Source of the DNA: Alkalispirochaeta sp.
GTDB lineage: Bacteria; Spirochaetota; Spirochaetia; DSM-27196; Alkalispirochaetaceae
Direction of reading: 5' to 3'
NCBI GenBank assembly: GCA_965242725.1
Contig: CBDESZ010000004.1
Span: 1-64,000 of the forward strand
Length of the DNA: 64,000 nt
This document shows, one piece after another, positions 44,063 to 53,042 of the stretch. Below the pieces are notes generated by a model. That model was given only the letters and a program-made list of their open reading frames with translations, ran no database searches and was not told the DNA's origin. Made by a program: the position numbers and the translations under genes. The stretch's first letter is position 1. Every line of letters starts with the position of its first letter.

Positions 44063-44593
44063 ATGGCCAGACTCGTATTTGGAATGAATCAGTCCCTGGA
44101 CGGATACGTCGACCACACGGCCTTCGGACCCGGGCCCGCGCTCTTTCGGCACTTCATTAACGAGGCGCAGGAGCAGACCGGCAGCGTCTACGGCCGCAGG
44201 ATGTATGAAATCATGCGCTACTGGGACGACGACCGGCCCGAGTGGACTGACGATGAACGCGCCTTTGCGACGGCGTGGCGCACCCAGCAAAAATGGGTCG
44301 TCTCCCGCTCATTACGGTCGGTCGGTCCCGGGGCCACCCTCATCGACGGGGACCTTGAAGGGGCGATCCGCACCATAACGGCCAAACACGACGGCGAGAT
44401 CGAAGTCGCCGGCCCCACTCTGGCACACAGCCTGACCGCACTCGGCCTCATCGATGAATATCGGATATACCTCCATCCCGTCGTTCTCGGTCACGGCACG
44501 CCATACTTCGCCGGACCCCGGCCGCCCCTCCGCCTCATCGCCGCCGACCGGATCGACGAGCATGTGATCAGGTTGAGGTATGTGCCCCTATGA
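44063..44593 (+). CDS. Dihydrofolate reductase / RibD C-terminal family protein
   Basis: MNQSLDGYV, GRRMYE, LIDEYRIYLHPVVLGHG. Confidence 0.88.
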   Translation: MARLVFGMNQSLDGYVDHTAFGPGPALFRHFINEAQEQTGSVYGRRMYEIMRYWDDDRPEWTDDERAFATAWRTQQKWVVSRSLRSVGPGATLIDGDLEGAIRTITAKHDGEIEVAGPTLAHSLTALGLIDEYRIYLHPVVLGHGTPYFAGPRPPLRLIAADRIDEHVIRLRYVPL

Positions 44594-44634
44594 CAATCCT
44601 TGATTTCACCGCGAAATTGGTAGATGTTTTGTCC

Positions 44635-44937
44635 ATGCGGTTGACCGAGAGTCAGCGACAGGAGATCCTTCGGACCAAAACAGAAGTCTTTGGGACGGAT
44701 GCGTCGGTGTTCCTCTTTGGTTCCCGTACGGATGATACTGCCAAAGGCGGTGATATCGATCTCCTGATCACCACCGGCCTTGACATGGACACAGCGAGAA
44801 AGAAGAAAATACGGTTTCTGACGACACTCAAACGCCGTATCGGAGAGCGTCGTATCGATGTCGTGATCCGGACACCTGACACCTGCGAAGGTTCGATCCA
44901 CCGGATTGCGATTGCCGAAGGGGTGCCGATCGTATGA
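44635..44937 (+). CDS. Minimal nucleotidyltransferase (MNT), putative antitoxin
   Basis: FLFGSR..GGDIDL and IDVV; ATGA overlap with the next gene. Confidence 0.85.
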   Translation: MRLTESQRQEILRTKTEVFGTDASVFLFGSRTDDTAKGGDIDLLITTGLDMDTARKKKIRFLTTLKRRIGERRIDVVIRTPDTCEGSIHRIAIAEGVPIV

Positions 44938-45425
44938 ATGAGGACGAACGTGCAAAGATCGAGATGATTCTTCATGAGTGCGATGTTCACGCCGGGAGAG
45001 TCGAATATGCTCAAAATGCGTGTTCCCGATTGTTTCCACTAACCGGTCAAACGTACGGAAAACTCTCCAATGAGGAAATCGCGCACATCGATCAACTCAT
45101 CTATCGGTATATGAAACTACAAGACGCGCTGGGGGCAAAATTGTTTCCCGCCATCGTCGCCCAGTTCCGAGAAGACGCCGAATCTCTCACGATTCTCGAC
45201 AAACTCAATCAGCTCGAACGATTAAACGCAATCGCTGATGCAGAACGGTGGCAGGAGCTCCGGGAACTCCGAAACCAGCTCTCCCACGACTATCAAGACC
45301 ATGTTGAGACCGCGGTAGGATATCTCAACGACGTCTATGAGACGAGCTCCATCTTGCTCGGTTATTACAAACAAGCTACACGTTTTGTCCGCGAGCAGAT
45401 TATATCGCCGGATCAGGATTCATAG
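44934..45425 (+). CDS. HEPN-domain protein, putative RNase toxin
   Basis: RNQLSHDY = Rx4HxY; all-helical; coupled to MNT. Confidence 0.8.
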   Translation: MNEDERAKIEMILHECDVHAGRVEYAQNACSRLFPLTGQTYGKLSNEEIAHIDQLIYRYMKLQDALGAKLFPAIVAQFREDAESLTILDKLNQLERLNAIADAERWQELRELRNQLSHDYQDHVETAVGYLNDVYETSSILLGYYKQATRFVREQIISPDQDS

Positions 45426-45518
45426 GGTCAGGAAATACCTCCGTCGACATACAGAGATATTGAAGAAAAATATATAACTCTTCCAACAAATGCATCTTTT
45501 CGATGATATCATGGAGCG

Positions 45519-46526
45519 GTGTCCAGATATGAACGGCTTCAGTCCATTGAACAGTTGCTCATTGCCCACCCGGAAGGACTCCATCGTGCGGATGTAGCCC
45601 GTCGTCTGGGAGTGCATCGCAGCACAATAGGCCGGGACATTACGGAGCTCTCCCACTATCTTCCCGTCCTGGAAGACGACGAACAGCGCATATCCCTTGA
45701 CCGGCGTCGCTATCTCACCACGTCAAAACTGACGATGTTTGAACTTGAGTTTCTCCACCTCGCGGCGCGACTCTTTGCCCGGGTTATGAAGTTTCCATTT
45801 CCCCACGCCTCGGCGGCGTTGCGCAAACTGGCGAATGCGCAGGGGACGGTCAGTCTCCGTCTTGCCCGGCGCATGCGGAGCACCGCCGACGATATCGATA
45901 CCTTCCCCTCATCGGCTTCTACGGCGTCAACGCACTACCGGAACATGATCGAACAACTTGGCATCGCCATTACCGACGGACGGTCCGTCTGGGCGGAACA
46001 CTACTCCCGGAATCACGATGAAATTCGCCGCTATCATTTGCTTCCGCTCACCATTGAACCGCACCACGAGGGGCGGGCGGTACATCTTCTCGCCTGGGAC
46101 CTGGGGGCCGATCCGCAGCAGTTCCGGACACTCAAGATAGAACGAATCCGTCATCTGGAGCTCGATTGTCCGCATCCGGAAGCGGCGATGGATAGACATG
46201 CGGAGCAGTTACGGGATCGTCTCTCCCGCGCCTGGAGCATATGGACTACCGACGGCAATCCGGTCCCGGTGGTATTACGATTTTCACCCGCCGTCGCCGA
46301 CCGGGTGGTGGAGACACTTTGGCACGGGAGCCAGCATACGGAGGAACAACCCGACGGCAGCGTCATATGGAATGGACTGATTTCTGAACCCCGGGAGATG
46401 TACCCCTGGATCCGCGGCTGGGGGCCGGATGTAGAAGTCCTGGAACCCATGCGGTTGAGGGAAGAACACCGTCGGGATTTTGAGCGCGGCGTGACAGTCT
46501 ACTACTCGAGCAAGAGTAGTTTGTAG
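45519..46526 (+). CDS. WYL-domain transcriptional regulator (wHTH-WYL-WCX)
   Basis: ARRLGVHRSTIGRDI HTH, FRTLKIERI, WIRGWGPDVEVLEP. Confidence 0.9.
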   Translation: MSRYERLQSIEQLLIAHPEGLHRADVARRLGVHRSTIGRDITELSHYLPVLEDDEQRISLDRRRYLTTSKLTMFELEFLHLAARLFARVMKFPFPHASAALRKLANAQGTVSLRLARRMRSTADDIDTFPSSASTASTHYRNMIEQLGIAITDGRSVWAEHYSRNHDEIRRYHLLPLTIEPHHEGRAVHLLAWDLGADPQQFRTLKIERIRHLELDCPHPEAAMDRHAEQLRDRLSRAWSIWTTDGNPVPVVLRFSPAVADRVVETLWHGSQHTEEQPDGSVIWNGLISEPREMYPWIRGWGPDVEVLEPMRLREEHRRDFERGVTVYYSSKSSL

Positions 46527-46763
46527 CCGGGTGTAATTAAAGAACGAGTGAAACGAGGAATTAGGAGTAAACATGTAATTAAGGTAAGCAAATGTAAAGT
46601 AATTACATCATTTTTCCTGACAGTTGTTACCAATGACGGAATTATTGTTGCAAGTTTCGCAACAGAGGTGTGGGAAGATTTTTTACAAGAGGGAATTATG
46701 GTAGTTCGAGATGACGGCTCTAAGTTTTGGGTTACAAACCTTGGAAATACAGGGCACAATGAG

Positions 46764-46838
46764 GGTGTCCCTGCTTGCGCGGGGGTGAACCGTTTAACTT
46801 GTGGTTCGACTAAGAGTTCCTGCATTTGCGGGAAACAC
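46764..46838 (+). ncRNA. Degenerate CRISPR mini-array (repeat - 21-nt spacer - degenerate repeat), candidate crRNA-like regulatory RNA
   Basis: 46764-46792 GGTGTCCCTGCTTGCGCGGGGGTGAACCG is 20/29 identical to the array repeat, keeping the stem and 3' TGAACCG; a second hairpin GAGTTCCTGCATTTGCGGGAAAC starts at 46814. Confidence 0.72.
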
Positions 46839-46856
46839 AAGTTAAACTTACTATTC

Positions 46857-46885
46857 TTGACTCGTCCGCCGATCCGCGCTATTAT
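46857..46885 (+). promoter_or_regulatory. Predicted sigma70 promoter of the cas operon
   Basis: TTGACT (46857-62) - 17 bp - TATTAT (46880-85), about 105 bp upstream of the cas3 GTG. Confidence 0.7.
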
Positions 46886-46920
46886 TGTATTATACTGCGG
46901 GGTGGGCGAGTTCTTTTTTT
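46860..46920 (+). terminator. Putative intrinsic terminator downstream of the mini-array
   Basis: ACTCGTCCGCC pairs with GGTGGGCGAGT (two G-U), inner CCGC/GCGG stem, followed by TCTTTTTTT. Confidence 0.55.
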
Positions 46921-46991
46921 ACCCTTCTTATTATGCCAAGTCTTTCCTGCGCTGTTAATTTTTTGTGTTTGTCGAGGATGGAGGTATAGTC

Positions 46992-47726
46992 GTGGAAACA
47001 TTTTGGGCTAAAACGCCGATGGATCGTACGATCACTCCGGATTGGGAAAACATCCACAGCGTGTTACACCATTGTATAGACGTTGGGTTGGTAGCGGAAA
47101 CCTTACTCGAAAAACGATGGAAGTCAATTCGAGAAATTCTCCGTCGATTTCATACTGACGTAGACATGGCGGTGTTAATTGTCGTTGTTTTGGCCGCCGC
47201 ACACGACATCGGCAAAATAACATGGTGGTTTCAGAGTAAAGTCGATTCTCTGTATTGTCGATTGAGGCGAGCTGGATTTGGACCAGCCCCGGGAACAGTG
47301 CTGTATCACGGCCAGGCAACTTGTTTTTTTCTTGCCCAGCGTCTCGAGTCCGATTGGTTGAAAACGGACACCGACCTTATCGGAATGTGCGCGCAGGCTT
47401 CCGGTTGTCATCATGGAACGTTCTTCAATATTGCAGATTCCGATCTGTTGTCCGACGGAGATCGTTGGGCGGAGCAGCGCAATCTCCATTTTTCTGCCCT
47501 TGTCAATACTTGGTTTCCGGGTAGGACTACCTTACCTGAACCAGAAGAGGACAACCCTGGCCCTGAATGGACAATGCTCGTTGCAGGACTCATTTCAGTC
47601 GCCGATTGGGTAGGTTCATCTTTGCCTTTTCCTGCAGCAGTAAGTGACCAGGTAGAGTATCTGGACCTCCGACGAAGGCAAGTCCACTCGAGACTTCAAG
47701 AGACGGGTCTATTAGCGTATGTCTGA
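46992..47726 (+). CDS. cas3: Cas3 HD nuclease domain (separate ORF or frameshifted 5' part of cas3)
   Basis: FWAK, HCIDV, AHDIGK, GCHHG, SVADWVGS; GGAGG SD before GTG. Confidence 0.88.
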   Translation: METFWAKTPMDRTITPDWENIHSVLHHCIDVGLVAETLLEKRWKSIREILRRFHTDVDMAVLIVVVLAAAHDIGKITWWFQSKVDSLYCRLRRAGFGPAPGTVLYHGQATCFFLAQRLESDWLKTDTDLIGMCAQASGCHHGTFFNIADSDLLSDGDRWAEQRNLHFSALVNTWFPGRTTLPEPEEDNPGPEWTMLVAGLISVADWVGSSLPFPAAVSDQVEYLDLRRRQVHSRLQETGLLAYV

Positions 47727-49632
47727 ACATAGGTCTGCAGGTAAGTTTCACGATTTGTTCGCCCCGGCAATCACAGACGAAAAGTGGAACGCAAACGAGA
47801 CCCAGGAAAAACTCCATGATTTGGTTGTGAATATCGATGGACCATTCTTGGCTATAGTGGAAGCTCCAACGGGCATCGGAAAAACCGAAGCTTTTGCGTA
47901 TGCCTACGCCTCCCGACATGCAAAAAACGCCACGGGGACCGATGGTATGTACGTTGCGCTCCCAACGATGGCGACAACCAACGCCATGTTTCCGCGTATC
48001 AAGGATTTTCTTGAAAACTTGGTCGGAGATGATACCACCACACTCCATTTGGCTCAGTCCGAGGCCGTTCTTAATCCAGAGTTTAAAGTGCTGTATGCCG
48101 GTGGTGCAAATGGGCCCCAGGATCAACAAGATTCGGTAGCGACATACGACTGGTTCAATGGGCGCAAGCGTGCACTTCTAACACAGTTTTCCGTGGGTAC
48201 GGTAGATCAGATCATGATGGCCGCGATGGCGACAAGGCATCAATTCGTCCGGATGTTCGGACTGTACGGGAAAACGGTGATCATTGATGAAATTCACGCA
48301 TATGACACGTACATGATGGACATTATTGGAGTATTGCTATCGTGGCTGCGGCGCATCGGGTCGCCGGTGATTCTCTTGTCCGCCACACTTCCAAAGGCCA
48401 TGTGTGTTGAGTTGATCGCTACCTACTCGGGACAATCCGTTGATGTCGAGATGTTGGCTGATGGCCCGAACATCACTGTCTGGTCTGAAGAAGCTTTGCA
48501 CTCGGAACCGATTAACGATATCAATCCGCGAACGTTGAAATTTCGATTATGCCAGTATGAAGACTCCTTTGATGCAGTAGTTCAGCACGCCACAGACGCT
48601 ACGCTGGCGGCTCTACAGAAGGGCGGATGTATCGCCTGTGTAATGAACACCGTTAACGATGCCCAAGCCGTTGCGCGTTCGTTGCATTCAACTATGGATG
48701 AGGATGTTCCAATGATCGTAGCGCATTCTCGATTCACCCGAAAAGATCGGCGGAGTTGGGAAGAACAACTCCTCAGACTATTCGGGAAGGATCGGACCAA
48801 CCGTCCGGAACGGGCCGTGGTGGTGGGAACGCAGGTCCTTGAGCAAAGCCTAGATGTAGATTTTGACTATATGGTGACGGATTTGGCGCCGATTGACCTC
48901 TTAATTCAGCGCGCTGGGCGAGTGCATCGACACTGGCAAAAGTATCCATCCTCAAGGCGAGCACATGTAGAACCGACGTTATTGGTGCTTGTTCCAAAAT
49001 TGGAAGAGTTTGAACCTCGACACACGGTACGGGGAATATATAAGGCATCCGTGCTCGCACGCACTGCGTTTGCACTTGTTGAACACGGTGAGGATGTGGT
49101 GCTGCCTGGAAATGAAACGCATCTGATTGACACGGTGTATGAGCAAAATACTCAGTGGAATTTACCGGAGACAGTCATAGAACACCTATCGGAGTGGGAT
49201 CGGGAGGCCGGTGGCAACGATGCCAAAGAACGAGTTCATGCGTCACGGATTGAGCTGCCGACACCGGAGTTCTTCGACGACGAGCCCGACCTGTCCGAGC
49301 TCGCCGGTTTGTTCGCCGAAGTCGACGAAGAAAAGGTGCGAACTCGCCTTGGCGAAGATTCAATGGACGTAGTGATACTTGCCGCCGACGCCGGAATGGA
49401 TGAATACGAATTGCATATTGAAAACACCGTGCGAGTGAGTTCCCGAGTGTTACGAGCGGCATTACAGGACGTTCCGCAACCATCTGAGTGGAATAAACAC
49501 TGGTTTTTAAATCGCGCGGTTCCTCTCAGGCCTAACAACGGTAAAGCAGAAATAGAAGGATTAACGATTTCATACAACCGGCAGTATGGACTTCAACACA
49601 CAAAATCAAGGAAAGAAGGTGACTTTAAATGA
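47719..49632 (+). CDS. cas3: Cas3 SF2 helicase portion
   Basis: EAPTGIGKTE, GTVDQ, DEIHAYD, LSAT, HSRF, TQVLEQSLDVD, QRAGRVHRH. Confidence 0.93.
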   Translation: MSEHRSAGKFHDLFAPAITDEKWNANETQEKLHDLVVNIDGPFLAIVEAPTGIGKTEAFAYAYASRHAKNATGTDGMYVALPTMATTNAMFPRIKDFLENLVGDDTTTLHLAQSEAVLNPEFKVLYAGGANGPQDQQDSVATYDWFNGRKRALLTQFSVGTVDQIMMAAMATRHQFVRMFGLYGKTVIIDEIHAYDTYMMDIIGVLLSWLRRIGSPVILLSATLPKAMCVELIATYSGQSVDVEMLADGPNITVWSEEALHSEPINDINPRTLKFRLCQYEDSFDAVVQHATDATLAALQKGGCIACVMNTVNDAQAVARSLHSTMDEDVPMIVAHSRFTRKDRRSWEEQLLRLFGKDRTNRPERAVVVGTQVLEQSLDVDFDYMVTDLAPIDLLIQRAGRVHRHWQKYPSSRRAHVEPTLLVLVPKLEEFEPRHTVRGIYKASVLARTAFALVEHGEDVVLPGNETHLIDTVYEQNTQWNLPETVIEHLSEWDREAGGNDAKERVHASRIELPTPEFFDDEPDLSELAGLFAEVDEEKVRTRLGEDSMDVVILAADAGMDEYELHIENTVRVSSRVLRAALQDVPQPSEWNKHWFLNRAVPLRPNNGKAEIEGLTISYNRQYGLQHTKSRKEGDFK

Positions 49633-51218
49633 TAGGATTTGATCTTCGTACGGAGCCTTGGATTCCGGTTGTTACCACCGAAGGTATTCGACTCGAACTC
49701 GGGCTGAAAGATGCTTTTTTGCGGGCTCACGAAACCAAAGTGATCGCGGCGGACAATCCGTTGCAGACTATTAGTTTGTACCGCGTACTCGTGGGTCTTA
49801 CACACCACATGGTTGGTGATGTAGAAAATCATAAAGAATGGGGCGCTTTATACAGAGTTGGCCGTTTTGATACCGAAGTGGTCAACCGATATTTTGACAC
49901 TTCCGAATGGGCCGATCGGTTCGATCTTTTTCACGCGGAAAATCCCTTTTGGCAGGTCCCGGGCTTAATCAACATTGATACAAAGAACGGGGAGGAACGT
50001 CCCGTCCAAGCTACGACGATAGACATTGGTGAAGCATCCGGTAACAATAAAACACTATTCTCGCACAGATTAGATTCCGACGAAACCAGTTATTCGCCGG
50101 CGCAGGCCGCGCGGTTATTATGCACTTGCCAATTTTTTTCTCTTGGTGGGCTTAATAAAAAGAGTACAAACCGTACCGGATATCAGCAGAGTTTTTTTAA
50201 TGCGCCGCTTGTTTCCGGTATGCCGAGTCTGCTGATGGGACAAAGTGTGTTCGAAACCGTCTGCTTGAATCTTGTCACGACGCGGTCGCGCTCCTTACGG
50301 AACCACCGTGGCTTGGAATCACTTGGCGAACCACCATGGGCACAAAAACCGCTTTCTCCGGATGTTGATTTACCGGTAACTACTAAAGAACAAGCTGTAT
50401 CTTCTTCGTTTTTTGAGTACTTCCTACCGTGGAGCAGGTACATTCGTCTGGTCCCCAAGAAGACAGAGACAGGCGACGTTGAAGTATCCCAGCTGCATAT
50501 CGCCCAGGGGCTAGCCTACGATCCGGTAGACGAGCCGTGGACCACCAAACGGGAGGATAAAAAGACCGGAGAGGTCAGATCGGTTTCTTTCAACCCGGAA
50601 CGCGCATTATGGAGAGATGCAGGCGCGTTTCTTGGTTTGACCAGTGCAACAGGCGATAGACAATACCGTAAATCAAGCCCTTTGGACGCGTACAGCAAAT
50701 ATCGAAAAGATAAGAACAACAAACTACCGTTCATGGTTCCTATGGCTGTGTTTGCTCTAGCTAACGACAAGGCGAAACCGCTTCTTTGGCGTCAGGAAGA
50801 GCTGCACGTGCCTGACGTAAACGAAGAGAATCAGGAATATGCGAAAAACATTCAACAATGTCTTGAGACCGCTGAAAGTGTGGGCGGGGTATTGAAAGCT
50901 GCCATTTCTCGCCTTGCTATGGAGATGTTCCGCAACACAGACAATCGGCGTGAATCGCTCCCTCAGAGGATCGCGGACGGATCATCGGCACTTCGCAGCT
51001 ACTGGTCCTTGTTGGACCTGCCCTTCAGACGCTTCCTATCCGGAGACATCGAGGCGATTGGGTTTCTCCGCACCTCTTTCCGCGTTGCGGAGGAATCTTT
51101 CGCGCTTTACGTGAAGCAAACGGTAGGCACGGATGTACGATATTTTGATGCTCTATCCAAAGCGAAACTACAACTTTTGGGGTCCTTGAAGAAGAAACGA
51201 CAACCACTGGAAATATAG
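49629..51218 (+). CDS. casA: Type I-E Cascade large subunit Cas8e
   Basis: FDLRTEPWIPV, RFDLF..PFWQV, SPAQAAR, RALWRD; operon position. Confidence 0.9.
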   Translation: MIGFDLRTEPWIPVVTTEGIRLELGLKDAFLRAHETKVIAADNPLQTISLYRVLVGLTHHMVGDVENHKEWGALYRVGRFDTEVVNRYFDTSEWADRFDLFHAENPFWQVPGLINIDTKNGEERPVQATTIDIGEASGNNKTLFSHRLDSDETSYSPAQAARLLCTCQFFSLGGLNKKSTNRTGYQQSFFNAPLVSGMPSLLMGQSVFETVCLNLVTTRSRSLRNHRGLESLGEPPWAQKPLSPDVDLPVTTKEQAVSSSFFEYFLPWSRYIRLVPKKTETGDVEVSQLHIAQGLAYDPVDEPWTTKREDKKTGEVRSVSFNPERALWRDAGAFLGLTSATGDRQYRKSSPLDAYSKYRKDKNNKLPFMVPMAVFALANDKAKPLLWRQEELHVPDVNEENQEYAKNIQQCLETAESVGGVLKAAISRLAMEMFRNTDNRRESLPQRIADGSSALRSYWSLLDLPFRRFLSGDIEAIGFLRTSFRVAEESFALYVKQTVGTDVRYFDALSKAKLQLLGSLKKKRQPLEI

Positions 51219-51228
51219 GAGGAATAAC

Positions 51229-51915
51229 ATGCAAGGTGAGGTCCAAAAACGATCAAATGGGGCATGGGTAGAACCGCTACTCGCACATTTAAAACGGATT
51301 CAACCCAAACATATAGGTGAAAACGGAGCGTTTCGAGGTGACACTCGAGCGTTTGCGGCCTTGCGGGCCTCGGCCCGCGGAAAACGATTCGTTTTACAGG
51401 CATTACCCTATGTAGTGCCGTACCTCGGCGAAACGTACACGGATCCGTCTCCGCGGGTTGTAGAACGTGCAATGGCGCTCGCTCAGTTGTATGCTACTTC
51501 ACCACCCGACGGCACTACAACCTATTCAGACCGTCAAGGGGAATCCCTTCCAGATAGAGGTCAAAGCATCGGTAGAAAACTTGGCCAGGCAAACGTGTTG
51601 GACATGGCGAAATCCGGTGCGACTTCACCCGGAGGAGAAGAAAAACACATCGTCACTCGATGGGAACGGCGTCTACAAGCGTTGGTGCGTCTGGATACGA
51701 AAAGACTGGTACGCGATTTGCGGGGGACGCTCAGCTTCATAGCCAAAGAAACCGGTGGCATGACTTTTGAAGATTATCGGGTTTTGGGATACGACTTGGT
51801 TCGGTGGGACAACCCGGATAAACAGGTGCAAATGCGTTGGGTAACCGACTTCTATGCCAAATCAACCAGTAGAATTGAACATACCAATACCAAAAAGGAG
51901 ACGAACGATGATTAA
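51229..51915 (+). CDS. casB: Type I-E Cascade small subunit Cas11 (Cse2)
   Basis: Position between cas8e and cas7; AALR, ERRLQAL, DY..L..DL..W..RW..DFY. Confidence 0.82.
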   Translation: MQGEVQKRSNGAWVEPLLAHLKRIQPKHIGENGAFRGDTRAFAALRASARGKRFVLQALPYVVPYLGETYTDPSPRVVERAMALAQLYATSPPDGTTTYSDRQGESLPDRGQSIGRKLGQANVLDMAKSGATSPGGEEKHIVTRWERRLQALVRLDTKRLVRDLRGTLSFIAKETGGMTFEDYRVLGYDLVRWDNPDKQVQMRWVTDFYAKSTSRIEHTNTKKETNDD

Positions 51916-53041
51916 TGCTAAAAACCTAAGCTTGGAAATCCATGTAATACAGAACTTCACCACCAACAATCTGAACCGTGATGACGTGGGGAATCCCAAA
52001 GAATGCATGTTTGGGCTTGTGCAACGTGCCCGCATAAGCAGTCAGGCATGGAAACGCGTCGTACGCAAACACGATGCATTTACTAACCGTGTCAGGAATG
52101 CCGGAGGCGACTTAGGTGTGAGGACCCGTGGTTTAAAAAAGGCATTGGTTGGGCAGTTGATTGAACGATTTGGGCTCGACCCGGAAAAAGCCGATATATT
52201 GGCGGTCGTAACCATCGAAAAGGTCATCGGTGTGAGTCTAAGCAAGAAACGACCAAACGAAACGGAGTATCTATTGTATCTGGGAGAAAATGACATACCG
52301 GATCTCGCGTCAGCAGTTCATGATGCAGCTGAAGAATTGTTACGAGAAAAAGCGGATCCAAAGTTACTTAAGGGGTTGCGTAAGACGGTGAGCTCCAAGA
52401 ATAAAACCTACGCGGTAGACGTTGCACTTTTTGGACGAATGTTCGCCGATGACAAGTCTTTAAACGTGGACGCCGCGTGCCAGGTTGCACAGAGTATCTC
52501 GTCTCACGAAGTGACCAACGACATCGATTATTTCACCGCAGTGGATGATTTATTGCCGCCGGATGAAACCGGGGCTGGTATGATCGGTCAAACCGCAATG
52601 AACGGCGCGTGCCACTACCGGTATGCAAATATCAACGTGCCATTACTTTACGAGAATCTTGGCTTCAATAGGGATTTGACCTCGGCGACGGTAGCAGGGT
52701 TTGTATCGGCATTCGTCGAAGCGTTACCGAGGGGAAAGCAAAACTCCATGGCAGCCCATAATCCACCGTTTGCTGTAACGGTCGTGCTCCGCGAGGACGG
52801 TCGTCTTTGGAATCTGGCCGGAGCGCTCTCCAAACCGGTTTCACCGAAAGACAAACCAATAGAACTAGCAACCTATGAGGCAATCGATGACTATTGGCAC
52901 AAACTAGTTGCCGCCTACGGGCAACCCGAGGGCCTCCTTAAGGCCGGATTTTCTCTTGATAATCCAACGCAACCACTTCCGGAACTCTTGGATCAACTTG
53001 AGCAGGAAGTCGGTGAACGTATATCCGGTTGGGAGGAGTAG
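51908..53041 (+). CDS. casC: Type I-E Cas7 (Cse4)
   Basis: NLNRDDVGNPK, RARISSQAWKR, DVALFGRM, DYFTAVDD, GKQNS. Confidence 0.95.
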   Translation: MINAKNLSLEIHVIQNFTTNNLNRDDVGNPKECMFGLVQRARISSQAWKRVVRKHDAFTNRVRNAGGDLGVRTRGLKKALVGQLIERFGLDPEKADILAVVTIEKVIGVSLSKKRPNETEYLLYLGENDIPDLASAVHDAAEELLREKADPKLLKGLRKTVSSKNKTYAVDVALFGRMFADDKSLNVDAACQVAQSISSHEVTNDIDYFTAVDDLLPPDETGAGMIGQTAMNGACHYRYANINVPLLYENLGFNRDLTSATVAGFVSAFVEALPRGKQNSMAAHNPPFAVTVVLREDGRLWNLAGALSKPVSPKDKPIELATYEAIDDYWHKLVAAYGQPEGLLKAGFSLDNPTQPLPELLDQLEQEVGERISGWEE

Positions 53042-53042
53042 C

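Noticed and set aside
46502..46958. ORFs 46548-46958 (+) and 46502-46840 (-) as protein genes or a toxin
   Set aside because: No recognisable motif, and they cross the mini-array, promoter and terminator. Not fully excluded without Ribo-seq.
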